From assembly GCA_947072895.1 (NCBI GenBank), contig CAMTKT010000004.1, forward strand, positions 13,090 through 77,089: 64,000 bases of DNA, in the 5' to 3' direction. This DNA is from an uncultured Bacteroides sp. (GTDB taxonomy: Bacteria; Bacteroidota; Bacteroidia; Bacteroidales; Bacteroidaceae). This document shows, in pieces, positions 1 through 11,349 of the stretch. Below the pieces are notes generated by a model. It made no database searches, was not told the DNA's origin, and saw only the letters and a list, made by a program, of their open reading frames with translations. Position 1 is the stretch's first letter. Every line of letters begins with the position of its first letter. Position numbers and translations under genes: made by a program.

Positions 1-79
1 CAAAATATTATTTTTTTCTTTTAAAGGACGGGCAGGGGGAGTGGTTTGTACTCTAAAACATTTATCTTTGTGTCTGGAA

Positions 80-1252
80 ATGGAAGCGTTTTATTTATTT
101 AATCCGGAAAATGATATGGCATTGGCTTGTGGTGATCCTTATTATATGGCACCTGCCAATGCACGGCGGATGGCAGCCGAGTTGTCCGTGTTGCCTGCAT
201 GGTATGCAGAACAGGGAGGTACCGTGTGGCTGGATTCGCCTCAGCGTGTGAAGACACTGGAAGGACAATCTTTTGTGCCGCTTGCGGTCAATTGGGTCTC
301 AGGACTCGTTCCTGTTTGTGAAAAGGTGGTACCTTGGGGATGGAATCCGTCTTTGGTACATCGTTTGCAGCAGGCTGGATTTCCTGTGACAGCATATCCT
401 TCAGCAGAGCGTATGAAGCGTATCCGTCAATTATCCGGACGTCAGACAGCTGTAAAGGTATTACGCCGCCTTTGTGAACAAATAGACGGGAATATTCCTG
501 CATTGGGGGAAGCTTTTGTGTTGTCTTCGATAGAGGAAGTGGAGAATTTCGTGTTATCTCATTCTCGTGCTTTGTTAAAGGCGCCATGGTCTGGCAGTGG
601 GAGAGGAATACAATATACTTCAGGTAGTTTTTCCATTCCGCTGAAAGGGTGGACTCAACATATACTCACCACTCAGCATCAGGTGATAGGGGAGCCTTTT
701 TATGATAAACTTCTGGATTTTGCCATGGAGTTTCTTGCAGATGAGGGTGGACTGGTGCGTTTTATAGGGTATTCCTTATTCGAAACGGACAAGAGGGGTG
801 TTTATAAAGAAAACTTGTTGGCTACGGATGAGGCTATTGAAGCAAGGATATCCGCCTATATTCCAGCGGAAACCTTGCAGCAGGTCGGGCGGGTGTTGCA
901 GGTGGAGTTGGCAGAAGTGATAAAAGGGAGTTACGAAGGCTATTTGGGGGTGGATATGATGATATGCCGTACCAAGGATGGCGGTTATGCCATTCATCCG
1001 TGTGTGGAAATAAATCTTCGTATGAATATGGGAGTCGTAGCACGTTTGATATATGATAACTATGTGTGTCATGGCGTGCAGGGGCGGTATGTGATAGAAT
1101 ATTATGCAAAGCCTGGTGAGGCATGGCGTTCCCATCTTGCTTTTCAGGAGAAGCACCCTTTATATCTGGAGAATGGAAAGGTGAAGTCGGGTTATTTGTC
1201 ACTTACACCGGTAGAGAACAATACATCCTATCAGGCATATATTCTAATTTGA
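80..1252 (+). CDS. conserved hypothetical protein, ATP-grasp-like C-terminal half
   Basis: Track ORF 41-1252 starts at GTG; the first ATG is at 80 (MEAFYLFNPENDMALA...). The C-terminal GVDMMI...HPCVEINLRMNMG resembles the ATP-grasp E-x-N-x-R region. No closer family recognised. Confidence 0.6.
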   Translation: MEAFYLFNPENDMALACGDPYYMAPANARRMAAELSVLPAWYAEQGGTVWLDSPQRVKTLEGQSFVPLAVNWVSGLVPVCEKVVPWGWNPSLVHRLQQAGFPVTAYPSAERMKRIRQLSGRQTAVKVLRRLCEQIDGNIPALGEAFVLSSIEEVENFVLSHSRALLKAPWSGSGRGIQYTSGSFSIPLKGWTQHILTTQHQVIGEPFYDKLLDFAMEFLADEGGLVRFIGYSLFETDKRGVYKENLLATDEAIEARISAYIPAETLQQVGRVLQVELAEVIKGSYEGYLGVDMMICRTKDGGYAIHPCVEINLRMNMGVVARLIYDNYVCHGVQGRYVIEYYAKPGEAWRSHLAFQEKHPLYLENGKVKSGYLSLTPVENNTSYQAYILI

Positions 1253-1288
1253 TTTCCCGGATAAAGAAAGATATAGAAAAGGGGATGG

Positions 1289-2671
1289 TTACCATCCACC
1301 CCCTAATGCTTTATACAATTTTACTAGTGTAATCTGCTTGTCTCTTACTGCATTGCTTAATCCTATTTGGGCATCGAAATAGCTACGTTGTGCATCCAAT
1401 ACATCCAGATAGCCTATTACTCCATTGATGTATTGCAATTGAGCCAGTTCCATGGTCGCTTTTGAGGAACGTTCCAGTTGCAGACGTGATTCATAGATCT
1501 CTTTTATCTTATTGAAGTTCACAATGGCATTGCGGGCCTCCTTGAATGCCGTCAATACTGATTTTTCATAGTTGTAGCATTCCTGTTCGTATGCAGCTTT
1601 CTTGGCTTTTAGGGTTGCTTTATATTTTCCCATAGCGAAGAGAGGAGTGAGCAAATTGCCACTGATATAATGAATGGGTGATTTAAAGAAATCAGAAAAT
1701 TCCTCACTTTCCACGCCATATTGTGCTGTGAGGGTGAGTCGTGGGAACATATTGGTATAGGCAATACCTACACTGGCATTGGCTGCTATCAATTTCTGTT
1801 CTGCTTCGCGTACATCGGGACGACGTTCCAACAGCGTGGAGGGTAGACCTACCGGCAATGTCTCAGGTAGTTTCACCTCTTCGGGCAGAATGGAACGCTG
1901 TATGCGGTGCGGGTATTCGCCTGCCAAGAATGCGATATCATTTTCTTTCAATGAGATTTTTCTTTCCAGTTCTGGAACTAAAGTTGCTGTGCGTGCATAC
2001 TCCACTTGTGCCTGTTGATAAGACGTTTCTGAAGTTAGCCCCCCCTCAAAACGGAGTTTGGCCAAACGGACTCCTTCTTTACGGGCATAGAGTGTTTGAC
2101 GAACGATGTTCAGTTCATTGTCCAATGCTACTAGTTCAAAATAGGCTTGTGCCACTTCGGACACAATACTCATTTTCAAGGCACGTTGCGCCTCGATGCT
2201 TCCTAAGAATTGTGCCATGCTTTTGTCTTTTGCCCAACGCAGGTTGCCCCATAGGTCTAATTCCCAGGTTGTTGTGAGTTTGGCACCCAGTTCGGGGTCA
2301 TTCTTATAGTTGTCACCGCCATAATTACTTCCTTCTTTTTGAGCATAAGTGCTTCCGTTCAGTTGGGGGAAAAGGTTGGCAAAGTCTATGCGCTTCATGG
2401 CTGCCAGCTCTTTGACACGTGCTGCGGCTATTTTCATGTCTTTATTGTTGTCCAATGTTTTTTCTATCAAGCTTTGTAAGGTTGTGTCCGTATAGATTTC
2501 CCACCATTGCATATCGGCAATAGATAGTGTATCTTGTTGCTGCAATGTGTCTAATTGTTGGGGCAGATGTAACTCAGGACGCGTATAGTGCTTGCCCAGC
2601 TGGCAAGAACTCAATAAAGTAGTTCCTACTACTGCTATATATAATAATGTATGTTTTATCATATCTTTCAT
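1289..2671 (-). CDS. efflux outer-membrane factor lipoprotein (TolC/NodT family)
   Basis: 460-aa ORF with lipoprotein signal (...TLLSSC) and OMF-like two-repeat helical sequence. Last gene of the MFP-RND-OMF operon, 12 nt after the RND stop. Confidence 0.85.
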   Translation of the reverse strand: MKDMIKHTLLYIAVVGTTLLSSCQLGKHYTRPELHLPQQLDTLQQQDTLSIADMQWWEIYTDTTLQSLIEKTLDNNKDMKIAAARVKELAAMKRIDFANLFPQLNGSTYAQKEGSNYGGDNYKNDPELGAKLTTTWELDLWGNLRWAKDKSMAQFLGSIEAQRALKMSIVSEVAQAYFELVALDNELNIVRQTLYARKEGVRLAKLRFEGGLTSETSYQQAQVEYARTATLVPELERKISLKENDIAFLAGEYPHRIQRSILPEEVKLPETLPVGLPSTLLERRPDVREAEQKLIAANASVGIAYTNMFPRLTLTAQYGVESEEFSDFFKSPIHYISGNLLTPLFAMGKYKATLKAKKAAYEQECYNYEKSVLTAFKEARNAIVNFNKIKEIYESRLQLERSSKATMELAQLQYINGVIGYLDVLDAQRSYFDAQIGLSNAVRDKQITLVKLYKALGGGW

Positions 2672-2683
2672 CTTTTTGTATAC

Positions 2684-5600
2684 TTATTTTCGTTTCATTT
2701 TGGCTTTCATCTTGTATATCAGTACAAAGAAGAATGGTACTAACAAAATTCCCACTGTTACAGCAAAGATCATTCCGAAGAATACACCTGTACCGATGGC
2801 CTGGCGGCTGGCCGAACCCGGTCCGTTAGCGATAACCATAGGTAGCATACCTAGGATGAATGCCAATGAAGTCATCAAGATAGGGCGGAAGCGGAGCTGT
2901 GAAGCATGAATGGCGGCTTGTACCACATCCACTCCTCTGTCCACTTGTTCCTTGGCAAATTCCACAATCAGAATCGCATTCTTGGCAGCCAGCCCCACCA
3001 GCATCACCAGTCCGATCTGGAAATAAACGTCATTTTCCAGTCCGCAGCCCCATACACCCAGATAGGCACCTAGTGCGGCTATCGGTAAAGAGAGCAATAC
3101 GGCAACCGGTACCATCCAGCTTTCGTACAAGGCGGCAAGAAACAAGAATACGAACATGAATACTAATGCCAGCACCATGCCGGTCTGTCCGTCTGCCTGC
3201 TTTTCTTGGAAGGATAGTCCACTCCATTCCACGCCAATATTCTCCGGAAGGTGTTCGCGGGCTATCTGTTCGATAATCTCCATAGCTTGTCCCGAACTGT
3301 AACCGTCTGCCGCCTCACCGCGGATCACGGAACTGTTGAACATATTGAAACGTTTGATGCTGCCCGGACCTGTGGTGTACGAAGTGGTACCCAGCGAGGT
3401 GAGCGGTATCATAGCATTGTCCGTACCCCGCACAAAGAACAGGTTGATATTCTCCTTATGTTCCCGGTAGGGCGCTTCTGCTTGAATATACACACGGTAG
3501 ATACGGTTGAACATATTGAAGTCGTTTACATAGACCGAACCTGTGTAGGCTTTCATGGTCGAGAAGACGTCAGCCAGAGGTACTCCTGCAAATTTTACTT
3601 TGTCACGATCCACATCAAAATAAAGTTGGGGGATATCCGCCTGCAAAGCCGAGGACAAGCCTGACAATTCCTTACGTTTTGATGCATAATACATTAAGGT
3701 GTCCGTAGCTTGTACCAAATTCTCGAAGGTAGCGTCTCCGCGTGCTTCCAGTTGCATTTCGAAACCGCCCGAACTACCCAATCCCGGAATAACGGGAGGG
3801 GTGGAAAGATAGACCTTGCATTCGGGGTATTGGGACATGTCTTTTTTTACCTGTGCCATAATATCGTCAATGGTTTGCGAGTCACGCTCCTCCCACGGCT
3901 TTAAGATGACAGTTAGTTCACTTCGCGCTTGGCTGGTTCCGACACGCGGGCTGCTTCCTGCCACGCTTTGTACATACTCCACAGCCGGATTCTCCATCAG
4001 ATATTCTACCGCACGTTCCGTCACGATGCGTGTACGCTCCAAGGTTGCTCCTTCGGGCAGCTCCAGTTCTATCTTGAAATACCCCTGATCCTCGATGGGG
4101 AGGAAGCTGGTGGGTATGATGCGATGGATCAGCAGGATGGCGATCAATACCATGCCGAATGTGCTCAGTACACGGCGTGGGTGTTTCACAATATGCTTGA
4201 TGAGGCCCACATATTTATGATTGCCGATAGCCAGCCACTCATTGATGCGGCGGAATACGATATTCTTTTTCTTGCTCGGATCTTCCGGCTTCAGAATGAG
4301 CGAGCACATGACGGGGCTCAGTGTCAAAGCTACTACCGTAGACAGTAATACGGATACTACGATGGTGACTGTAAACTGGCGATAAAGTTGTCCGGTAATT
4401 CCACCTAGGAAACTTACAGGCACAAATACTGCTGCCAGTACCAAAGAAGTAGCGATAATGGCTCCTGTAAGTCCTTCCATAGCTTTCTTGGTAGCTTGGT
4501 AGGGAGATAGTTTTTCCTCTTCCATAATACGCTCTACATTTTCTACTACCACAATAGCATCGTCCACCACAATGCCGATGGCAAGTACCAATCCCAACAG
4601 GGTCAGGATATTAAGCGAGAATCCGAAAATCAACATGAATCCGAAAGTACCGATCAGTGAGATAGGTACGGCAACTAGTGGGATAACTGTTGCGCGCCAG
4701 CTTTGGAGTGAAAGGTATACTACGATGATAACCAGTATCAGGGCTTCAAACAGTGTTTTGTACACTTCATGAATAGATTCCGAAATATACGTAGTCATAT
4801 CGAAAGGTATCTCGTAACTCATTCCTTCGGGGAAATTCTTACTGATTTCCTCCATGGCTTCTTTCACGCTTTTTGCTACTTCCATAGCGTTGGCTCCCGG
4901 CAACATATAGATGGCCAATACCGCCGCATTCTCTTTGTTGATGGCACTCTCGGTGTTATACGATTGTGCTTCGAGCGAGATGCGGGCCACATCACGCAGA
5001 CGGATGATGGAACCGTCGGCATTGGCACGGACTACGATTTCTTCAAACTGGCTTACGGTAGACAGACGTCCCTGGGTAGTGATGGGAATGGTTACGTCTA
5101 ATCCTTGCACAGGTTGTTGACCCAGTACACCGGCTGCCGATTCGCGGTTCTGGTCTTTCAGTGCGTTCTGCAAGTCGGCCACGGTCAGACCGAAATTGGC
5201 CAGTTTGTCGGGTTGTACCCATATTTGCATAGCGTAATAGCGGCTTCCGATGTTTGATACACGCCCTACGCCAGGGATACGGCGGATCAAGTCCAGCACA
5301 TTCAGAGTGGCAAAGTTGCTAAGGTATATTTCATCAAACTTCGGGTCGGTGGAGGTAAGGCATAGGGTCAGCAACTGACTGGCCGCTTGTTTTTCTACCG
5401 AGATCCCATTTTGTATGACTTCTGCCGGAAGACGTGATTCTGCTAACTTAATACGGTTCTGTATTTCCACTGCCGCTAGGTCGGGATCTGCAGAGATGTC
5501 GAAAGTAACGGTGGCTGAAAAACCTCCTGAATTGGAACTGTTTGATTCCATGTAAAGCATACCCGGTGTACCGTTCAACTCCTGCTCTATAGGAGTGGCT

Positions 5601-5785
5601 ACTGCCTGTGATACAGTCAGGGCACTGGCACCCGGATAGGATGCGCTGATTTTTACTACCGGCGGAGTGATCTGCGGATATTGGTCAATGGGCAGCATTG
5701 TGAGGCCGATGATACCGACAATGACTATTAATATGGAGATGACAGCTGAAAATACCGGTCTGTCTATAAAGAAACTAACTTTCAT
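2684..5785 (-). CDS. RND multidrug efflux permease (AcrB/HAE1 family)
   Basis: About 1030 aa with the typical MKVSFFIDRPVFSAV N-terminus and 12-TM/large-loop layout. ATG at 5785 preferred over the track start at 5824. Confidence 0.93.
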   Translation of the reverse strand: MKVSFFIDRPVFSAVISILIVIVGIIGLTMLPIDQYPQITPPVVKISASYPGASALTVSQAVATPIEQELNGTPGMLYMESNSSNSGGFSATVTFDISADPDLAAVEIQNRIKLAESRLPAEVIQNGISVEKQAASQLLTLCLTSTDPKFDEIYLSNFATLNVLDLIRRIPGVGRVSNIGSRYYAMQIWVQPDKLANFGLTVADLQNALKDQNRESAAGVLGQQPVQGLDVTIPITTQGRLSTVSQFEEIVVRANADGSIIRLRDVARISLEAQSYNTESAINKENAAVLAIYMLPGANAMEVAKSVKEAMEEISKNFPEGMSYEIPFDMTTYISESIHEVYKTLFEALILVIIVVYLSLQSWRATVIPLVAVPISLIGTFGFMLIFGFSLNILTLLGLVLAIGIVVDDAIVVVENVERIMEEEKLSPYQATKKAMEGLTGAIIATSLVLAAVFVPVSFLGGITGQLYRQFTVTIVVSVLLSTVVALTLSPVMCSLILKPEDPSKKKNIVFRRINEWLAIGNHKYVGLIKHIVKHPRRVLSTFGMVLIAILLIHRIIPTSFLPIEDQGYFKIELELPEGATLERTRIVTERAVEYLMENPAVEYVQSVAGSSPRVGTSQARSELTVILKPWEERDSQTIDDIMAQVKKDMSQYPECKVYLSTPPVIPGLGSSGGFEMQLEARGDATFENLVQATDTLMYYASKRKELSGLSSALQADIPQLYFDVDRDKVKFAGVPLADVFSTMKAYTGSVYVNDFNMFNRIYRVYIQAEAPYREHKENINLFFVRGTDNAMIPLTSLGTTSYTTGPGSIKRFNMFNSSVIRGEAADGYSSGQAMEIIEQIAREHLPENIGVEWSGLSFQEKQADGQTGMVLALVFMFVFLFLAALYESWMVPVAVLLSLPIAALGAYLGVWGCGLENDVYFQIGLVMLVGLAAKNAILIVEFAKEQVDRGVDVVQAAIHASQLRFRPILMTSLAFILGMLPMVIANGPGSASRQAIGTGVFFGMIFAVTVGILLVPFFFVLIYKMKAKMKRK

Positions 5786-5858
5786 AATGTCTGTTGTTTT
5801 TTGAATGCGTAAATTTCCCTCCATAGGGGTGGATTGATTCGTATTCGGGAGTGAGAAA

Positions 5859-7058
5859 CTATCCGATAGTGTCTTCTTTCTCCGTTTTTTTGTCCTCTAT
5901 GGCAGGACTTGCTTTCACTTTCATACCTGGATTCAGTTTGTGGTATCCTTCTATGACAATGTCTTCTCCAGGAGCCAGACCTCTTTCCACTACTACTTGA
6001 TTCTGGAATTCTGGTCCTAATTCAATGAAACGTCTCTCTACAGTAGAATCCTTGCGCATTACATAAATATAGGCACCGCCTTTTTCTATGATAACGGACT
6101 TTAACGGGACTACCGTAGCGTTCTCTCTGACATCCAACAACAGTTTTACTTTGGTGAATTGCCCCGGAAGTAATACCCGTTTCGGATTCGGCATTTCGGC
6201 ACGTACGGAGAATGTACCGGTACGTGGGTCGACTTGCGGTTCGGCAAAATCTACCAGTCCCTTGTATGGATAAATGGTATTGTCTGCCAAAGTAATGGAA
6301 ACATTGGGTTGCCAAGAGCGGGTAGAGTCTTTCTGACCTAAATTCACATTACGTTCTTTCGTTTTCAGATAGTCCAAAGCTGTCATGCTGAAATCCACTA
6401 ATACAGTATCACTTTTTACTATAGTGGCAAGTAATGATTTGCCGCCTGGGCCTACTAATGTTCCCAAATCTACATTACGTTCGCTGATGTGTCCTGCCAG
6501 TGGGGAACGAACGATCGTGTAACCTAGTTCCAGTTCTGCTTGATCAAGGTCGGCACTACTCATGGCTACTGAGGCTTCTGCTGTTTCGTATGCTGCGGTA
6601 GCATTATCCAAGTCTAACTGGCTGGCAGCGTTTTGCTCATATAGCGGACGGATACGTTCTAAGTCGCGTTTCGCTTTTTGTGCTTGTGCTTCATCTTTTT
6701 TCAATTGGGCGCGCGCTTTGTCGGCTTTAGCCCGGTATTGGTCTTGATTGATAACAAACAGCACTTGATTTTTAGTGACGTATGTACCCTCTGCGAAAAG
6801 CATTTGTTCCAAATATCCTTCTACCCGGGCACGTACTTCCACGAATTGCTGTGCACGGACGCGCCCTACATATTCACCATATATTTCTACATCGTCTTGC
6901 ATAGCCGGTGCTAGGGTAACTACCGGAAGTTCCGGTGCCTTTGCCGGTCGACGGGAAGCAATCAGGTACATCCCGATAATTAGTCCGATTCCTATTACTA
7001 CAAGCGCTGTTCTTCTCTTTTTTAGCGCAATTTCTTTGTGTGTAAAAAATAGTTTCAT
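5859..7058 (-). CDS. RND efflux periplasmic adaptor (membrane fusion protein)
   Basis: 399 aa with an N-terminal TM anchor and a coiled-coil hairpin (QYRAKADKARAQLKKDEAQAQKAKRDLER). First gene upstream of the RND pump. Confidence 0.9.
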   Translation of the reverse strand: MKLFFTHKEIALKKRRTALVVIGIGLIIGMYLIASRRPAKAPELPVVTLAPAMQDDVEIYGEYVGRVRAQQFVEVRARVEGYLEQMLFAEGTYVTKNQVLFVINQDQYRAKADKARAQLKKDEAQAQKAKRDLERIRPLYEQNAASQLDLDNATAAYETAEASVAMSSADLDQAELELGYTIVRSPLAGHISERNVDLGTLVGPGGKSLLATIVKSDTVLVDFSMTALDYLKTKERNVNLGQKDSTRSWQPNVSITLADNTIYPYKGLVDFAEPQVDPRTGTFSVRAEMPNPKRVLLPGQFTKVKLLLDVRENATVVPLKSVIIEKGGAYIYVMRKDSTVERRFIELGPEFQNQVVVERGLAPGEDIVIEGYHKLNPGMKVKASPAIEDKKTEKEDTIG

Positions 7059-7226
7059 ACTTTTTTTGTTTAAGATGCCATTAGTAGGACTACAAGCAGT
7101 GTGCCAACCTGTTAAAACAGCCTTTCCTTTTCATAATCAGTGTTTTATTTCTTTTCCGATTGATGGGGAAAGTGTAGAAAGCTGGCAACGACTGTAGAAT
7201 AATTCCACAGTAGGCGTAATCAATAA

Positions 7227-8852
7227 CTATAACAAGTCACTTTTCTTTTCTACAAAAATAATTTCTTTGGTTATAGGGTGGACAAACTCCAGGCTTTCAG
7301 CATGTAAATAAAGTCTGTCTGCTTTTTGTCCGTAAAGCTCATCTCCCTGTATAGGACAATGCAATCCATCCGGATGGGCGGCATGTACTCTTAATTGGTG
7401 TGTTCTTCCTGTCAATGGATAAAAAGCGACAAGTGTTCGTTCTCCTTGTTCGTTTATAACTTGGTATTGTGTGATAGCGGTTTTTCCATGCTCATAGTCA
7501 ACCACTTGTCTGGGCCTGTCAAGAGGATCCATACGGAGAGGGAGTTTTATGATTCCTTTTTTAAATGGAATTTTGCCATCCAATAAGGCAATATACCTTT
7601 TTTTTATCGTCCTGTTCTTGAATTGTGCTTGCAGATGCTGGTGCACTTCTTTGTTTTTGGCTATCAATAATAAACCGGAAGTTGCCATGTCCAAACGATG
7701 GACTATCAGAGGGCCTGTAGCATTCGGATAAAGGGTTTTAATATGTTGATAGACCGATTCGGTTTCTCCTTTCCCGGGCACCGAGAGCATTCCTGTCGGT
7801 TTGTTGACTACGACTAGATAATCATCCTCATATACGATCTCCAAAGGCGTTTCGTGATCATGGTTTCTCAACAAGGGATTTTCTTCCACCTCCAGACCCT
7901 GTAACATGTGACCCAAAATAGGTTCGCATTTTCCTTTACATGCCGGATAGTAGTATCCATGATGTCTTATTTCTGCTTTTGGGGAATCTCCCCACCAAAA
8001 TTCTGCCATGGCAACAGGCTTTAATTGATGCTTATAGGCATATTGAAGTAATTTGGGGGCTGCACATTCACCGGCTCCGGCCGGAGGAAATTTTTGTTTG
8101 GTCTGTTCAAAAATGCGACATAAATCTTTTGTTTCTCCCCGGGCGTTCAGTATCTGAAACTGTTCAAACAGCATTTGTTGCAAAGCGGCAGAACGTTTTT
8201 TCCTTTCCACCTTCATGGCTTCTATTTGGGTAGTGAAAACATTAGCTTCCGCTTGCAGTGAAGTGATTTTGTCTTTCCACCTTCTTTCCATGCGTTTTAA
8301 TTCTGCTTTCTGAAACTGGCTTTCGCGTATCATTGCGGCTAGTTCCTTTGCATCGGGAGTTTCTGTCCTACGCCTGGTTTCTCTGGCTTCTTTAGCGGCT
8401 TTGAATAATTCTTTAGTGGTTGTCAATTCTTGCCGGGATTGTGTTGTTTCTTTTTCTATTTGCCGGAGTAAGCTTAGGTAACGTGGATCATTCTGTGTGC
8501 GTGTAATATGTGCATTGATGGCAGATATGTGTTCTTCCTCAATTTTGAAGAATCCCTGAGGTTGTAACAAATCATAAATGGGTGGAACGAAGAAAGGATG
8601 TAGGTTTGTGCCAGCCAATATTCCTGAAAATGCAGCTAAATAACCTATCTTGTTTTCCGGAGTTTGTACAATCAGGACACCAAACATTTTTCCTTGTTGC
8701 AATTCTTTCTGCCATTGGGATTGAGTTGTCAAATAGGTCTTTACTTCTTCAGCCGCTAATATGCAAAGCGGATGAGGGATATAGTGAAAAGGATAAGTGA
8801 ACTTATCGGGCAATTTTATAGCGGCAATGGATTTTTTAAAAAAATGTATCAT
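7227..8852 (-). CDS. RluA-family pseudouridine synthase with about 300-aa N-terminal extension
   Basis: The C-terminal third has RluA motifs (VVNKPTGMLSVPG, HRLDMATSGLLLIAK, GRTHQLRVH). The N-terminal part has a coiled coil and Cys motifs. Confidence 0.85.
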   Translation of the reverse strand: MIHFFKKSIAAIKLPDKFTYPFHYIPHPLCILAAEEVKTYLTTQSQWQKELQQGKMFGVLIVQTPENKIGYLAAFSGILAGTNLHPFFVPPIYDLLQPQGFFKIEEEHISAINAHITRTQNDPRYLSLLRQIEKETTQSRQELTTTKELFKAAKEARETRRRTETPDAKELAAMIRESQFQKAELKRMERRWKDKITSLQAEANVFTTQIEAMKVERKKRSAALQQMLFEQFQILNARGETKDLCRIFEQTKQKFPPAGAGECAAPKLLQYAYKHQLKPVAMAEFWWGDSPKAEIRHHGYYYPACKGKCEPILGHMLQGLEVEENPLLRNHDHETPLEIVYEDDYLVVVNKPTGMLSVPGKGETESVYQHIKTLYPNATGPLIVHRLDMATSGLLLIAKNKEVHQHLQAQFKNRTIKKRYIALLDGKIPFKKGIIKLPLRMDPLDRPRQVVDYEHGKTAITQYQVINEQGERTLVAFYPLTGRTHQLRVHAAHPDGLHCPIQGDELYGQKADRLYLHAESLEFVHPITKEIIFVEKKSDLL

Positions 8853-8914
8853 ATATTCTCATCTGTAATGAAACTTTTGTGCGAATAGGGTACAAATATA
8901 GGATTATTTTTTCT

Positions 8915-8922
8915 TATTTTTG
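8915..8922 (+). promoter_or_regulatory. Bacteroides -7 box TAttTTTG
   Basis: Exact TAnnTTTG match 39 nt upstream of the MaoC-like ATG. Confidence 0.5.
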
Positions 8923-8960
8923 TATCCAATTAGTGTATAACCTTTAAAACAAAGAGATAT

Positions 8961-9425
8961 ATGGATAAAGTTATTGTCAATTCGTATGAGGATTTTGAGA
9001 AGTTGCTAGGGCAACAGATTGGTGTTTCTGATTATGTGGAAGTGTCGCAAGACCGAATTAATCTTTTTGCAGATGCCACATTGGACCATCAATGGATTCA
9101 TGTGGATACGGAACGTGCCAAAGTGGAAAGTCCCTACCATAGTACTATTGTACATGGTTACCTGACTCTTTCGCTTCTTCCGCATCTGTGGAACCAGATT
9201 ATAGAAGTCAATAATCTGAAGATGATGATTAACTATGGCATGGACAAAATGAAATTCGGACAGGCTGTTTTGGCTGGTCAAAGTATTCGTTTGGTAGCAA
9301 GTCTTCATTCTTTACAGAACTTGCGTGGAGTAGCCAAGGCCGAAATTAAATTTACGATTGAAATTAAAGACCAACCGAAGAAAGCGCTTGAAGGTATCGC
9401 TGTCTTTCTGTATTATTTCAATTGA
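8961..9425 (+). CDS. MaoC-family (hotdog fold) dehydratase
   Basis: 154 aa; ...FADATLDHQWIHVDTERAK...TIVHGYLTLSLL is the typical MaoC dehydratase core. Confidence 0.85.
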   Translation: MDKVIVNSYEDFEKLLGQQIGVSDYVEVSQDRINLFADATLDHQWIHVDTERAKVESPYHSTIVHGYLTLSLLPHLWNQIIEVNNLKMMINYGMDKMKFGQAVLAGQSIRLVASLHSLQNLRGVAKAEIKFTIEIKDQPKKALEGIAVFLYYFN

Positions 9426-9433
9426 TTTGCTTT

Positions 9434-9481
9434 ATCGTTCTTGGATAAATGTTCTCTTATCTAAGAACGATTTTCTGTTTT
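9434..9481 (+). terminator. intrinsic terminator after the MaoC-like gene
   Basis: ATCGTTCTT...AAGAACGAT stem followed by TTTCTGTTTTT. Confidence 0.6.
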
Positions 9482-9523
9482 TGGAAATATATTTGAGTTC
9501 CTTGAGAAGGTTTGAAGAAAAAT

Positions 9524-9562
9524 GATAAAAAAATAATCCGTAAAATTAATTTTACGGATTAT
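9524..9562 (-). terminator. intrinsic terminator after tRNA-Ser
   Basis: Perfect 30-nt palindrome ATAATCCGTAAAATTAATTTTACGGATTAT (9533-9562), followed on the minus strand by a T-run. Confidence 0.65.
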
Positions 9563-9565
9563 CTG

Positions 9566-9652
9566 CGGAAGCTGGGGGATTCGAACCCCCGGTACGGTTA
9601 CCCGTACGTCAGTTTAGCAAACTGGTGGTTTCAGCCACTCACCCAAACTTCC
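9566..9652 (-). tRNA. tRNA-Ser (anticodon GCU)
   Basis: The reverse complement GGAAGTTTGGGTGAGTGGCTGAAACCACCAGTTTGCTAAACTGACGTACGGGTAACCGTACCGGGGGTTCGAATCCCCCAGCTTCCG folds by hand. It has a 7-bp acceptor stem, anticodon loop TTGCTAA, a long variable arm and a GGGGG/TTCGAAT/CCCCC T-arm. CCA is not encoded. Confidence 0.93.
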
Positions 9653-9687
9653 TTTTTTTGTAGAGGCGTTATCTCTCAAACGCGGTG

Positions 9688-9695
9688 CAAAGATA
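9688..9695 (-). promoter_or_regulatory. Bacteroides -7 box TAtcTTTG (minus strand) for tRNA-Ser
   Basis: CAAAGATA on the plus strand, 36 nt upstream of the tRNA 5' end. Confidence 0.5.
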
Positions 9696-9828
9696 AGGGG
9701 ATAATTTGAATTGTGCAAGTCTTTTGCTTGTTTTTTTAGAAGTTTTTTTGTGTAAAATAAGTAAGACGTTGATAATGAATGATTAATAGGTGAGATTAAT
9801 TATTCTCCCGAAACTTCCACCATTCCTC

Positions 9829-9875
9829 AAAAAATATGCCTCAAGATGGAATCATCACGATCCGTCTTGAGGCAT
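9829..9875 (-). terminator. intrinsic terminator after eno
   Basis: 11-bp stem ATGCCTCAAGA/TCTTGAGGCAT with a T-run on the minus strand. Confidence 0.7.
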
Positions 9876-9907
9876 GCTTCGTTTATGGAATTTGGAATAT
9901 AAACCGT

Positions 9908-11209
<1,302 letters not shown>

Positions 11210-11349
11210 CTATTTTTATATATTTAGATGGTTTTATTATAATAACAATGGAGAGGGAGGATTTGTTGAGGCATGAAGAGGAAGTATCAAAAGTTATATG
11301 GATACTCCCTCATCATTTTATGATAAAATATATACTATTGTAATGACGG

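Noticed and set aside
9566-9652. tRNA-Ser as an integration site for the downstream accessory regions
   Set aside because: No integrase and no partial tRNA 3'-end duplication were seen anywhere in the window, and eno (core) lies directly next to it.
9512-9709. 65-aa plus-strand ORF
   Set aside because: It is entirely explained by the tRNA-Ser gene and its terminator on the opposite strand.
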